NCBI GenBank assembly: GCA_018263585.1
Contig: JAANWZ010000044.1
Location: 702 to 56,955 of the forward strand
Source: Calditrichota bacterium
GTDB lineage: Bacteria > Electryoneota > Electryoneia > Electryoneales > Electryoneaceae
DNA: 56,254 nt
Reading direction: 5' to 3'
Part shown: positions 7,991 through 16,644 of the stretch, one piece after another
Layout: the number at the start of each line of letters is the position of its first letter
How positions within the stretch are numbered: position 1 is the first letter of the stretch
Notes under the pieces: generated by a model
Databases searched by the model: none
Told to the model about the DNA's origin: nothing
The model's input: only the letters and a program-made list of their open reading frames with translations
Position numbers and translations under genes: made by a program

Positions 7991-9829
7991 ATGGATCAAA
8001 CCCGTAGATACGGCGACGGCGCGAAATCGAACAAACTCCTCCAGTTCGGCAACGAGGCGATCGCGCACGGCGCGCGCGAGGCGGGCTGCTACTTCGCCGC
8101 CGCCTATCCCGGCACGCCTTCCACCGAGATCCTCGAGATCTTCCGCACCTTCCCCGGCATCTTCGCGAAGTGGTCGCCGAACGAGAAGGTCGCGGTCGAG
8201 GTCGGGATCGGTTCGTCGCTCACCGGCACGCGCACGATGGTGACGATGAAACACGTCGGCGTGAACGTCGCGATGGACCCGCTGATGACGTTCACCTACA
8301 CCGGTGTCGTCGGCGGGTTCGTGCTCGTCGCAGCGGACGACCCGGCGATGCACTCGTCCCAGAACGAGCAGGACAGCCGCGTGCTCGCGAAGTTCATGAA
8401 GGCGCCCGTGTTCGACCCCGCGACCAGCCAGCAGGCGCACGATTTCACGAAACTCGCGTTCGACGTCTCCGAGCGGTTCAACACGCCGGTGATGGTGCGG
8501 GAAACGACCCGGATCGCGCACGCGAAAGGGCTCGTCGAACTCGGGGAATGGGCCGAGCCGGTGCGCGGCGAGCGGATGAAGCGCGACATCGAGCGGTTCG
8601 TGATGATGCCCAATTTCGCGCGCCCGCGCCATCCGTTCGTGGAAGAACGCTCGCTGAAGCTGCTCGATTTTTCCAACGAGTGGGAGGGCAACCGTCTCGA
8701 GCTGAATGACCGCCGAATCGGGTTCATCACTGCCGGCGTCGCCACGAACTACATCGAGGAGCTGATGCCGGACGCGTCCTACCTCAGGGTCGGGCTCGCG
8801 TGGCCGTTCCCGGTGGAAAAGGCGCGCGCGCTCGTGGAGCACTGCGACCGCGTGCTCGTCGTCGAGGAGCTCGAACCGTTCATGGAGGAGGAGGCGAAGA
8901 TCGCCGGGCTCCCGGTCGAGGGCAAGGCGTACTTCCCGCGCGTCGGCGAGTTCGACCTCGACGCCGTCGCCGCCGGGTTGAAGAAGGCCGGCCTGCTTGA
9001 TGAGACGTTCGCGATGCCGGAACCGGCGGAAGTTGTTGCGCGCCCGCCGGTTCTCTGCGCCGGCTGCCCGCACCGCGGCATCTACATGGCGCTGCGCAAG
9101 ATCAACGCGGACGTCTATGGCGACATCGGCTGCTACACGCTCGCCGCGCTCCCGCCGCTCGAAACGATGCACACCTGCTTCTGCATGGGCGCCTCGATCG
9201 GGAACGCGATCGGCGCGAAGCTGACGGAAACGAAGCCCCGCCACCCGACAGTCGCAGTGATCGGCGACTCCACATTCTACCACGGCGGCATCACCGGCCT
9301 GCTCGACGTGGTCACGAGCCGGGCGAACATCACGGTCGTGATCGTGGACAACAGCATCACCGCGATGACGGGTGGGCAGCATCACCCGGGCACCGACCGC
9401 GACCTGATGGGCAACGAGGCGAAGCATGTCCCGATCGAGCAGGTGGTGAAAGGTCTCGGTGTGGAAAAACTGATCGTGCTCGACACCTATGACTACCAGA
9501 ACGCGGTCGATCAACTGAGGTCGGCGGTGCGGTTCGAGGGGCCGGCGGTAGTGATCGCACGACGGCCGTGCGCGCTGTTCCCGACCAAGATCAAGCCGGA
9601 GCCGTACGCCGTCATCGAGCACGCGTGCACCGGCTGCGGCAACTGCTTCCGCATCGGCTGCCCCGCGATTTTCGATTCCGGAAAGAAGACGGAACGCGGG
9701 CTCGCGATCGCGACGATCGATGCGGACGCCTGCACCGGCTGCACGCTCTGCGAACAGGTGTGCAAGGACGATGCGATCTTCCCGCTCGCCGAATTGAACA
9801 AGAAGCGGGAGCAGGAGGTGCAGGTATGA
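7991..9829 (+). CDS. iorA: Indolepyruvate:ferredoxin oxidoreductase alpha subunit
   Basis: GNEAIA, YPGTPSTEI, NEKVAVE, MKHVGVNVA, SSQNEQDSR, RPPVLCAGCPHR, GDIGCY, GDSTF, TAMTGGQ, and a C-terminal 2x[4Fe-4S] domain. Confidence 0.95.
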   Translation: MDQTRRYGDGAKSNKLLQFGNEAIAHGAREAGCYFAAAYPGTPSTEILEIFRTFPGIFAKWSPNEKVAVEVGIGSSLTGTRTMVTMKHVGVNVAMDPLMTFTYTGVVGGFVLVAADDPAMHSSQNEQDSRVLAKFMKAPVFDPATSQQAHDFTKLAFDVSERFNTPVMVRETTRIAHAKGLVELGEWAEPVRGERMKRDIERFVMMPNFARPRHPFVEERSLKLLDFSNEWEGNRLELNDRRIGFITAGVATNYIEELMPDASYLRVGLAWPFPVEKARALVEHCDRVLVVEELEPFMEEEAKIAGLPVEGKAYFPRVGEFDLDAVAAGLKKAGLLDETFAMPEPAEVVARPPVLCAGCPHRGIYMALRKINADVYGDIGCYTLAALPPLETMHTCFCMGASIGNAIGAKLTETKPRHPTVAVIGDSTFYHGGITGLLDVVTSRANITVVIVDNSITAMTGGQHHPGTDRDLMGNEAKHVPIEQVVKGLGVEKLIVLDTYDYQNAVDQLRSAVRFEGPAVVIARRPCALFPTKIKPEPYAVIEHACTGCGNCFRIGCPAIFDSGKKTERGLAIATIDADACTGCTLCEQVCKDDAIFPLAELNKKREQEVQV

Positions 9830-10440
9830 GCGAAGTCGTCAACGTGCTCATCGTCGGCGTCGGCGGCCAGGGGGTCGTGCTCGCCTCGAACATCCTCTGC
9901 GAGGTCGCGGTGCGCGCCGGGCTGGACGTGAAGAAATCCGAGATCCACGGGATGAGCCAGCGCGGCGGGGTCGTCACCAGCCACGTCCGCTTCGGCGAAC
10001 GCGTGCTCAGCCCGCTGATCATGCACGGCCGCGCCGATGTCGTGCTCGGGTTCGAAGCGGCGGAGGCGCTCCGGTTCGCGCACGAAGTCCGCGACGGCGG
10101 CCTGCTCCTCTCCTCGACGCAGAAGATCCCGCCGCCGACCGGACCGGTGAAGAAGAAACAGAAGCGCCCGCGCTACCCGCAAACCCCGCTCTCCGACGCG
10201 AAACAGGTCTGCCGCGGGCGCGTCGTTCCCGTCGAAGCCGACCGGATCGCCGCCGAACTCGGCAACCCGCGGCTCACGAACACGATCCTGCTCGGCGCGC
10301 TCTCCACCGGGCTCGCGATCGACGACGCACTCTGGACCGACACGATCCGGCAGATGGTGCCGTCGAAGACGGTCGAGCTCAACCTCGCCGCGTTCGCGCG
10401 CGGAAAAGAGGTCGCGCTCAGCGAGCGCCAGCCCGCGTGA
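9826..10440 (+). CDS. iorB: Indolepyruvate:ferredoxin oxidoreductase beta subunit
   Basis: GVGGQGVVLAS and EIHGMSQRGGVVTSHVRFG. ATGA overlap with iorA and a GGAGG RBS. Confidence 0.95.
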   Translation: MSEVVNVLIVGVGGQGVVLASNILCEVAVRAGLDVKKSEIHGMSQRGGVVTSHVRFGERVLSPLIMHGRADVVLGFEAAEALRFAHEVRDGGLLLSSTQKIPPPTGPVKKKQKRPRYPQTPLSDAKQVCRGRVVPVEADRIAAELGNPRLTNTILLGALSTGLAIDDALWTDTIRQMVPSKTVELNLAAFARGKEVALSERQPA

Positions 10441-10489
10441 TCCGGCGGTCGCACGTTGCGGGCTGCGGGCGGCGGGCACACACAACCCT

Positions 10490-10577
10490 TGCCCTTGACT
10501 TTAGTCAAGGATAATCAAGAGTTTGGTCCACAACCGATGCCCTTGACTTTAGTCAAGGATAGTCAGGAGGTTGGTCC
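10490..10577. repeat. Family-B palindrome CCTTGACT-WW-AGTCAAGG, tandem pair with 48-bp period
   Basis: Cores at 10493-10510 and 10541-10558. Further copies at 27285-27302, 43309-43326 and 56191-56208. Confidence 0.9.
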
Positions 10578-10890
10578 GGGAGCGCTTGCGAAGATCCGGT
10601 TATGCAGTTAGCTCAGCCACGTGTATGGACCGGACTCTGAAGCACATTCGCGCAGCAGAGGCGTCATTCTGAACCCGGCTTCACGCGTCTGTCTGCGTGA
10701 AGACGGGTGAAGAAGGTCCAGCCTATCCGAGGGTTATGTCACGAGTTTCATTGTATCGTCCACCCTTGTCGAACCTGGACCTTCTTCCCTCAGCCCGACA
10801 AACGGACGTCGGGCTTCGGTCAGAATGACCCCTTTGCCACCCGCGATATTGGTCCCGGCTGAGCCAAAGGGATAACCGGGTGCGACCGAG
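10578..10890 (-). mobile_element. 292-bp non-autonomous element, copy 1 (degenerate ends)
   Basis: Inner segment 10592-10883 is the reverse complement of the copies at 20711, 30071 and 52032. GA at 10590-91 and 10884-85. Confidence 0.85.
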
Positions 10891-10892
10891 CC

Positions 10893-11050
10893 GGGTGGGC
10901 CGGGCTCGCCCCGGGTTTCACGCTACGCCATGTGCCCCTGTGACTGCGTGCAGCGATGTCGCAGGGTTCATTCACCGGTGGATGAGCCGCGGTGACCTTC
11001 GGTCCCCGCGGGCATGCAGTTGTCACGTACGATGTGATCAGCCGCGCGGG
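10893..11050. repeat. Mosaic REP cluster (families C-like, E, D)
   Basis: ggtgggccgggctcgccccggg; gtgcccctgtgac...gatgtcgcaggg; agccgcggtgac...tccccgcgggcatg. Confidence 0.75.
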
Positions 11051-11210
11051 CGACACTGATTGAGCCCGCACAGGCGGCACTAATCGCCCCCGTACAGGCC
11101 GTGCCGAGTTGGCGGGTTGCTACAGTCAGAATTCGTGAACCCGCCGGGAGAGTAGTATTTTTGTACATGGGGCGTTATACTCCGGAGAGGCGACCGAGGC
11201 GATAAGATCG

Positions 11211-12143
11211 ATGTCGATCACAGGCCTCCACCTGCTGCTCTCCTACCAGTGCACGAACGAGTGCGACCACTGCTTCGTGTATTCGTCCCCGTCCGCGCGC
11301 GGGACGATGAGCCTGCGCTTCGCCCGGAACGCGATCCACCAGGCGCAGGACGTGAAGGGGATGGAGGAGATCTGGTTCGAGGGCGGGGAGCCGTTCCTTC
11401 TCTACCCGGTGCTGATGAACGCGGCCTGGTACGCGGCGATGGTCGGGTTCCGGATCGGGATTGTCACGAACGGCTATTTCGCGACGACGGTCGAGGACGC
11501 GATGGAGTGGCTGCGACCGCTCGTCGAGTTGCCCGAGATCGCGTTGTCCGTCAGCGAGGACGTGTACCACGGCAGCGACGAGGGTGACAACCCTGCCGCC
11601 CGCACCCGCGAGGCCGCCCGCCGGCTCGGCATCGAGGCGGATGCGGTCTCGATCGAACAGCCGTGCGGAGTGGTGATCGAGCACGAGAAGGGGGAGCCGA
11701 TCCTCGGCGGCGGGGTGCGGTTCCGCGGGCGCGCGGCGGACAGGCTCGCGGATGACCCGTCGTTGCCGCGGAAGCCGTGGCACGAGTTCACCGAATGCCC
11801 GGACGAGGACTGGGACCGTGTCGGCCGGCTCCACCTCGACGGCTACGGCAACGTGTTCGCCTGCCAGGGAGTCGTGATCGGAAACCTGGACGCGCGCACG
11901 CTGCGCGAGATCGTGCGCGAATACGAGCCCGACACGCACCCGATCATCGGCCCGCTCAAGCGCGGCGGCCCCGCCGAGCTCGTACGTCACTACGACCTGC
12001 CGCTGAAGGGCGAATACCTCGACGCGTGCCAGTTGTGCTTCCTCGCACGCCGGGCGCTGCGGGAAAGACGTCCGGACCTGCTCGCCCCGCCGGTGGTTTA
12101 TGGAGAAGACCCCGGCGACGCCTCACAGGGTGAACAGGACTGA
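11211..12143 (+). CDS. Radical SAM protein
   Basis: CxxxCxxC (CTNECDHC), FEGGEPFL, VTNG, and a C-terminal Cys region (GNVFACQG..IGN; DACQLC). Confidence 0.9.
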   Translation: MSITGLHLLLSYQCTNECDHCFVYSSPSARGTMSLRFARNAIHQAQDVKGMEEIWFEGGEPFLLYPVLMNAAWYAAMVGFRIGIVTNGYFATTVEDAMEWLRPLVELPEIALSVSEDVYHGSDEGDNPAARTREAARRLGIEADAVSIEQPCGVVIEHEKGEPILGGGVRFRGRAADRLADDPSLPRKPWHEFTECPDEDWDRVGRLHLDGYGNVFACQGVVIGNLDARTLREIVREYEPDTHPIIGPLKRGGPAELVRHYDLPLKGEYLDACQLCFLARRALRERRPDLLAPPVVYGEDPGDASQGEQD

Positions 12144-13652
12144 CGCGCGCAGCGTCAGCCCGGTCGCCTTCACCGTCGCCTCGTACCCGTCGTCCCCGTC
12201 ATCCTCCGCGAGCACCGTCTGCGCGGGATACCACGCATATCCGGCCCTGATCTGCACCGCGAGATCGGGCGTGATCAGCGTCTCGAGGCCGGTGGCGAAC
12301 GTGAACCCGTGCACCGCTTCCGTGTGCGTGTCCCCGTTCTCGTCCTCGATGCCCGGGAAGCTGACCGCGAGGATCCCGTAGCGCGCGGATGCGAGCAGCG
12401 CGAACCGGCGGAACCACAGCTTCTTCATCACGCCGATGTTGCCGCCGAACGTGAGCGTGTGCGGCACAGCGAGCAGCCCGCCTTCCGCGACCGTGTACAG
12501 CTCGGAGACGCCGGTGAGTGCGGCGACATTGTACTCCGCGCCCGCGGCGAGCCATAACCGCGACGCGCTCCCGTCGTCCGGCAGCTCGACGTCCTCGTCA
12601 TGCTCGCCGGGGATCAGCCGGGGATGTCGCCGGAACGCGTCGAACCCGCTCGTCTCGACCGGGATCGCCCCGAGCACCGGCATCAGGTTGAACCCGAACC
12701 GGGCATCTTCGATCACCTGGTCGGAGTAAGTGACATCCCAGCCGCCGATCAGCACCTGCACCTCGGATCGCTCGTCGCCGACCGCGCGCACCTTGCCGAA
12801 CGCGAGCATCCGTGACCCGGCCGCGGTCGGGTCGCTCGCCGACCACACCTTGTAGCGGCGGTCGAGCTGCACGCCGAGGTCCGCGCCGCGGTTGAACGTG
12901 AACCGGTTCACCCCGGGCTTCGTCACGATCGCCTTGATCGAAAACTCGTCCATCGCGCGCACGTTCGTGCGCAACTGCTCGATCACGCCGTCCGCGCGGT
13001 CCTCGAACTGGTCGCGGATCTGCCTGTGCGTCGGCTTGTGATGTTTGCCGTGCGAAGTTGTGAACACATCGAGGTCGGGGATCGCGCCGAGCAGCGCCCC
13101 GATTGCACTCGTGGACCCGTGCACCTTGCCCACCCGCTCGCCGTCGTGCGTGCGGAAGATCTCGAGCTCCACCTCGATCTCCCACGTGTTGTCCTCGAAC
13201 AGACACCGTGTCATTCGCGGCACGAACGCGTAGCCGTTCTCCACGATCTGCTTCAGATCGGCGAGTGTGATCGGCGCCTCGCCGTAGCGCCCGCCGGTTT
13301 CGACCCGCTTCTGCTTGATCTCCTGCGCGTGCGCGAGCAGGTAGTCGTTCGCGTTCGCGAGGAAGTCGCCGAGGTCGGACTCGGCGGGCATCTCGTAGAA
13401 CGCGAAGCGCGGGAAGTTGAACACGAGTTCGCGCAGCAACCGGTGCTCGAAGTAGCCGCGGTCGGCGCGGGTCATCTGGCTCGTCGATGACCCGTACTGG
13501 ACCGGGAACACGAACAACTGCTTCTTCACCGACTGCTTGAGCGCGGCGCCGGCCGGTTCACCGGCCGACGTGTCCGCCGGCTCCCCGGCCGGCAGGGAAG
13601 AGGCCGCCGTCAACACGGCGGCGAACACGATCACGAGCAAACGGGAGTTCAT
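12123..13652 (-). CDS. Exported hypothetical protein with probable C-terminal outer-membrane beta-barrel
   Basis: Signal peptide MNSRLLVIVFAAVLTAASS, middle motif NRGADLGVQLDRRYKV, alternating beta strands at the C-terminus. Confidence 0.75.
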   Translation of the reverse strand: MNSRLLVIVFAAVLTAASSLPAGEPADTSAGEPAGAALKQSVKKQLFVFPVQYGSSTSQMTRADRGYFEHRLLRELVFNFPRFAFYEMPAESDLGDFLANANDYLLAHAQEIKQKRVETGGRYGEAPITLADLKQIVENGYAFVPRMTRCLFEDNTWEIEVELEIFRTHDGERVGKVHGSTSAIGALLGAIPDLDVFTTSHGKHHKPTHRQIRDQFEDRADGVIEQLRTNVRAMDEFSIKAIVTKPGVNRFTFNRGADLGVQLDRRYKVWSASDPTAAGSRMLAFGKVRAVGDERSEVQVLIGGWDVTYSDQVIEDARFGFNLMPVLGAIPVETSGFDAFRRHPRLIPGEHDEDVELPDDGSASRLWLAAGAEYNVAALTGVSELYTVAEGGLLAVPHTLTFGGNIGVMKKLWFRRFALLASARYGILAVSFPGIEDENGDTHTEAVHGFTFATGLETLITPDLAVQIRAGYAWYPAQTVLAEDDGDDGYEATVKATGLTLRASVLFTL

Positions 13653-13694
13653 CGCGTCCCGGTCGGTTGCGTTCACCTGTCGCGGCAAATCTAA

Positions 13695-13710
13695 TGCAAT
13701 CGGCGGGCCG
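13695..13710 (-). promoter_or_regulatory. Putative sigma54 (-24/-12) promoter
   Basis: Minus strand CGGCCCG-CCGA-TTGCA versus consensus TGGCACG-N4-TTGCW, about 43 nt upstream of ATG 13652. Confidence 0.4.
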
Positions 13711-13967
13711 GTCACGGAGCCCGCGAGCACGAGTCCCGGCGACCGGCGGGCGCACGACTCTCCGCGCCCGATAGAACGATCCCGCGCGCCCGGTTCAGAA
13801 AAAGCTAAAGCAGGCGTGCAATCTGCCGATAGGGAGGACGGAGGGGGGAACCGCGCCGGCAGCGCGCGCGATCCCCCGTGACCCGGCGGCGCCCGCCGGT
13901 TCGATTGCATAGCGCGCTCCGGTACGGCGCGCACGCCCGCGACCGGACAGCTTCGACGGAGGCCTTG

Positions 13968-14183
13968 ATGAAACGACGGAGAGGGCGGCCCGGCAGACGC
14001 AACCTGCCCCGTCCGCTGAACCGGGCGGGTTCGTTGCCGGTCAACATGGTACCACCGATGGACGATTCCCGCCTGATCAACGAGCGCGAACTGATACGCG
14101 CGCCGGGCCTTGGCCCCGCGGAAGTCCGCGTGACCGCGCCCGTTCCGACACGACGCGCGACCCGGCCGGCGGGCTCTCGGTGA
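13968..14183 (+). CDS. Possible small Arg/Pro-rich protein (71 aa)
   Basis: GGAGG RBS just before ATG 13968, in an otherwise empty gap. No recognisable homology. Confidence 0.3.
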   Translation: MKRRRGRPGRRNLPRPLNRAGSLPVNMVPPMDDSRLINERELIRAPGLGPAEVRVTAPVPTRRATRPAGSR

Positions 14184-14209
14184 ACTGACAGGCGGAATGA
14201 ACTGGCACG

Positions 14210-14385
14210 TGCGCACATGCCCGCGGGGACGGCCCGAAGGGCGTCACCGCGGCTGAACCGACGGTGTGGGCTTGCCTGCGCAGTCACGTTCCGCGCTTGA
14301 CAAGCAAGCGCGGGCACGAGGACGCACGTGAGACCCGAGGCTGAAGCCCGCCGCACAGAGACGCGCTGTCACAGGGGCACGTGAA
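14210..14385. repeat. Mosaic REP cluster (families D, GCTTGC hairpin, H, C, E)
   Basis: catgcccgcggggacgg...tcaccgcggctga; gtgggcttgcctgcg; agcaagcgcgggcacgag; gagacccgaggctgaagccc; ctgtcacaggggcac. Confidence 0.8.
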
Positions 14386-14445
14386 AGACCAACTACCGGA
14401 TCACGATCCTCCGGACCAGTCACCGCCGGATCACGCGCCCCCGGA

Positions 14446-15246
14446 TCACTCGCCGCCTCCGACATAAACCCGCAGTCCCCCTTCCAGCGACGCTCCGCCG
14501 ATCAGGAACTCACCGTCCCACGCGTAGAAATTCGCGTTGTACGGCACCCACGCGTAGTTGAGGCTGACGAACCACTCCATGCTCCGCTGCTCTTTGCTCG
14601 CGAGCTGGAGGCCGGTGCCGACGACGACTCCGAATCCGGAGCCGGTCTCCTCGTAGGTCTCAAACTCACGTATCGTTCGCCCGCCGTTGTCCTCTTCGAA
14701 TTCGAACCGGAATTCGAGCCGGGAACGGAACCGCACGTACTCGAAGCCGGCGGTGAAATACCACAGCGGGAGCGGCTCGAACGGCGTCCAGTCGAGCGCG
14801 AGACGGGTGCTCGACTGCCGCCATTCCGTGGACTGCTTCTGCAGGTACTGCCCTGTGGTGTCGTTCGGGTCGGGGTATCCCTGCAGCTCCGCCGCCTTCG
14901 GCAGTCCCCAGAACAGGTCGAGGTGGGTGAGGAAGTGGAAGTTGTGCCGGTAGCCGATCACGAGTTTCGCGCCGGGCATCTGCGTGTTCTCCCAGCCGAG
15001 ACCGAGCCGCTCCTCCGCCGTGTCCCGCCGGTTTGTCACAAGTCCGTAGGCGTTGCGCCGCTCGACGCTGAACCTCATCCGCCCGTCACTCGTGATCACA
15101 TCCCCGCTGCCGTTCAGCTCGAACATGCTGATCCCGCCGCCGATGAACCAGCCCTCCGGTTGTGAGCGCTGGGCGGCGGATGTTGTCGGCGCGGCGACAA
15201 CCCCGGCGAGCAGTACACCGGCGATCAGGAGGAGACGTCGGTTCAT
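14446..15246 (-). CDS. Outer-membrane beta-barrel-like protein
   Basis: Signal peptide MNRRLLLIAGVLLAG, GWFIGGG first strand, terminal strand LEGGLRVYV. Confidence 0.75.
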   Translation of the reverse strand: MNRRLLLIAGVLLAGVVAAPTTSAAQRSQPEGWFIGGGISMFELNGSGDVITSDGRMRFSVERRNAYGLVTNRRDTAEERLGLGWENTQMPGAKLVIGYRHNFHFLTHLDLFWGLPKAAELQGYPDPNDTTGQYLQKQSTEWRQSSTRLALDWTPFEPLPLWYFTAGFEYVRFRSRLEFRFEFEEDNGGRTIREFETYEETGSGFGVVVGTGLQLASKEQRSMEWFVSLNYAWVPYNANFYAWDGEFLIGGASLEGGLRVYVGGGE

Positions 15247-15275
15247 GGTGTTTCCCGTCACGATGCGGTTGCGGC

Positions 15276-16058
<783 letters not shown>

Positions 16059-16202
16059 TGTTCGCAGTTCGGCTCTGTTGGTTGACCTCTGCTGCGGGCC
16101 GGGAACATCCGGGCGCGGACTCCGTGAACCTGTCGGACGGCCGCCGCTTGACCTCTGTTTACGCCGTGCTTACGTTGACCGGGACGCAAACGGGACGCTG
16201 CG

Positions 16203-16556
16203 ATGGCGACGAAGAAGAAACGGTACAAGTCGAAGGATCCGAAGCCGGACTGGGTTCGCGCCAACGACTACAAGCGGATCCGCGGCGGGAGCTACATCGT
16301 CCGGCGGAACGAACACGGCGCCGCAACGTACGTTGTCGGCAAAGCGACCCGCAAGCTTTCCACCCCCGTCGAGGTGGAGTACGCGCTCAAGCAGGGGCAG
16401 ATGGTCGCGGTCTGGGCGGGCAAGTACTTCCGGTACGTGCGTGTCACCCCGGATGTCGGGCGCGAAATCCTCGATTTGATCTGGGAGCAGGAGGAGCGGC
16501 GCGGCGTCGAGCGACCCGAAATGAGCGACTACGACAAGGAGTCGTTCGACATCTGA
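16203..16556 (+). CDS. Hypothetical protein (117 aa, basic N-terminus, acidic C-terminus)
   Basis: Strong GC3 codon bias and followed by a terminator-like hairpin. Confidence 0.7.
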   Translation: MATKKKRYKSKDPKPDWVRANDYKRIRGGSYIVRRNEHGAATYVVGKATRKLSTPVEVEYALKQGQMVAVWAGKYFRYVRVTPDVGREILDLIWEQEERRGVERPEMSDYDKESFDI

Positions 16557-16580
16557 GTGGAACAGACGGTTTCCCATCCG

Positions 16581-16605
16581 CCGCCGGGAGGATTCCGGCG
16601 GTTTT
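16581..16605 (+). terminator. Putative intrinsic terminator
   Basis: ccgccgg-gaggatt-ccggcgg followed by tttt. Confidence 0.55.
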
Positions 16606-16644
16606 CTGCTTGCGGCTCAGATTCCGACAGCGGGACCGACAGAA

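Noticed and set aside
10490-10577. Possible mini-CRISPR (two 40-bp repeats)
   Set aside because: Only 8 nt separate the units, and the same core occurs singly elsewhere as a dispersed repeat.
13653-14216. 188-aa N-terminal extension of the 12123 ORF
   Set aside because: The signal peptide begins at ATG 13652, and the extension is low-complexity with no coding signature.
14395-14450. Three ccggatcac repeats at the end of the 14446 gene
   Set aside because: Short, irregularly spaced and not seen as a family elsewhere in the window.
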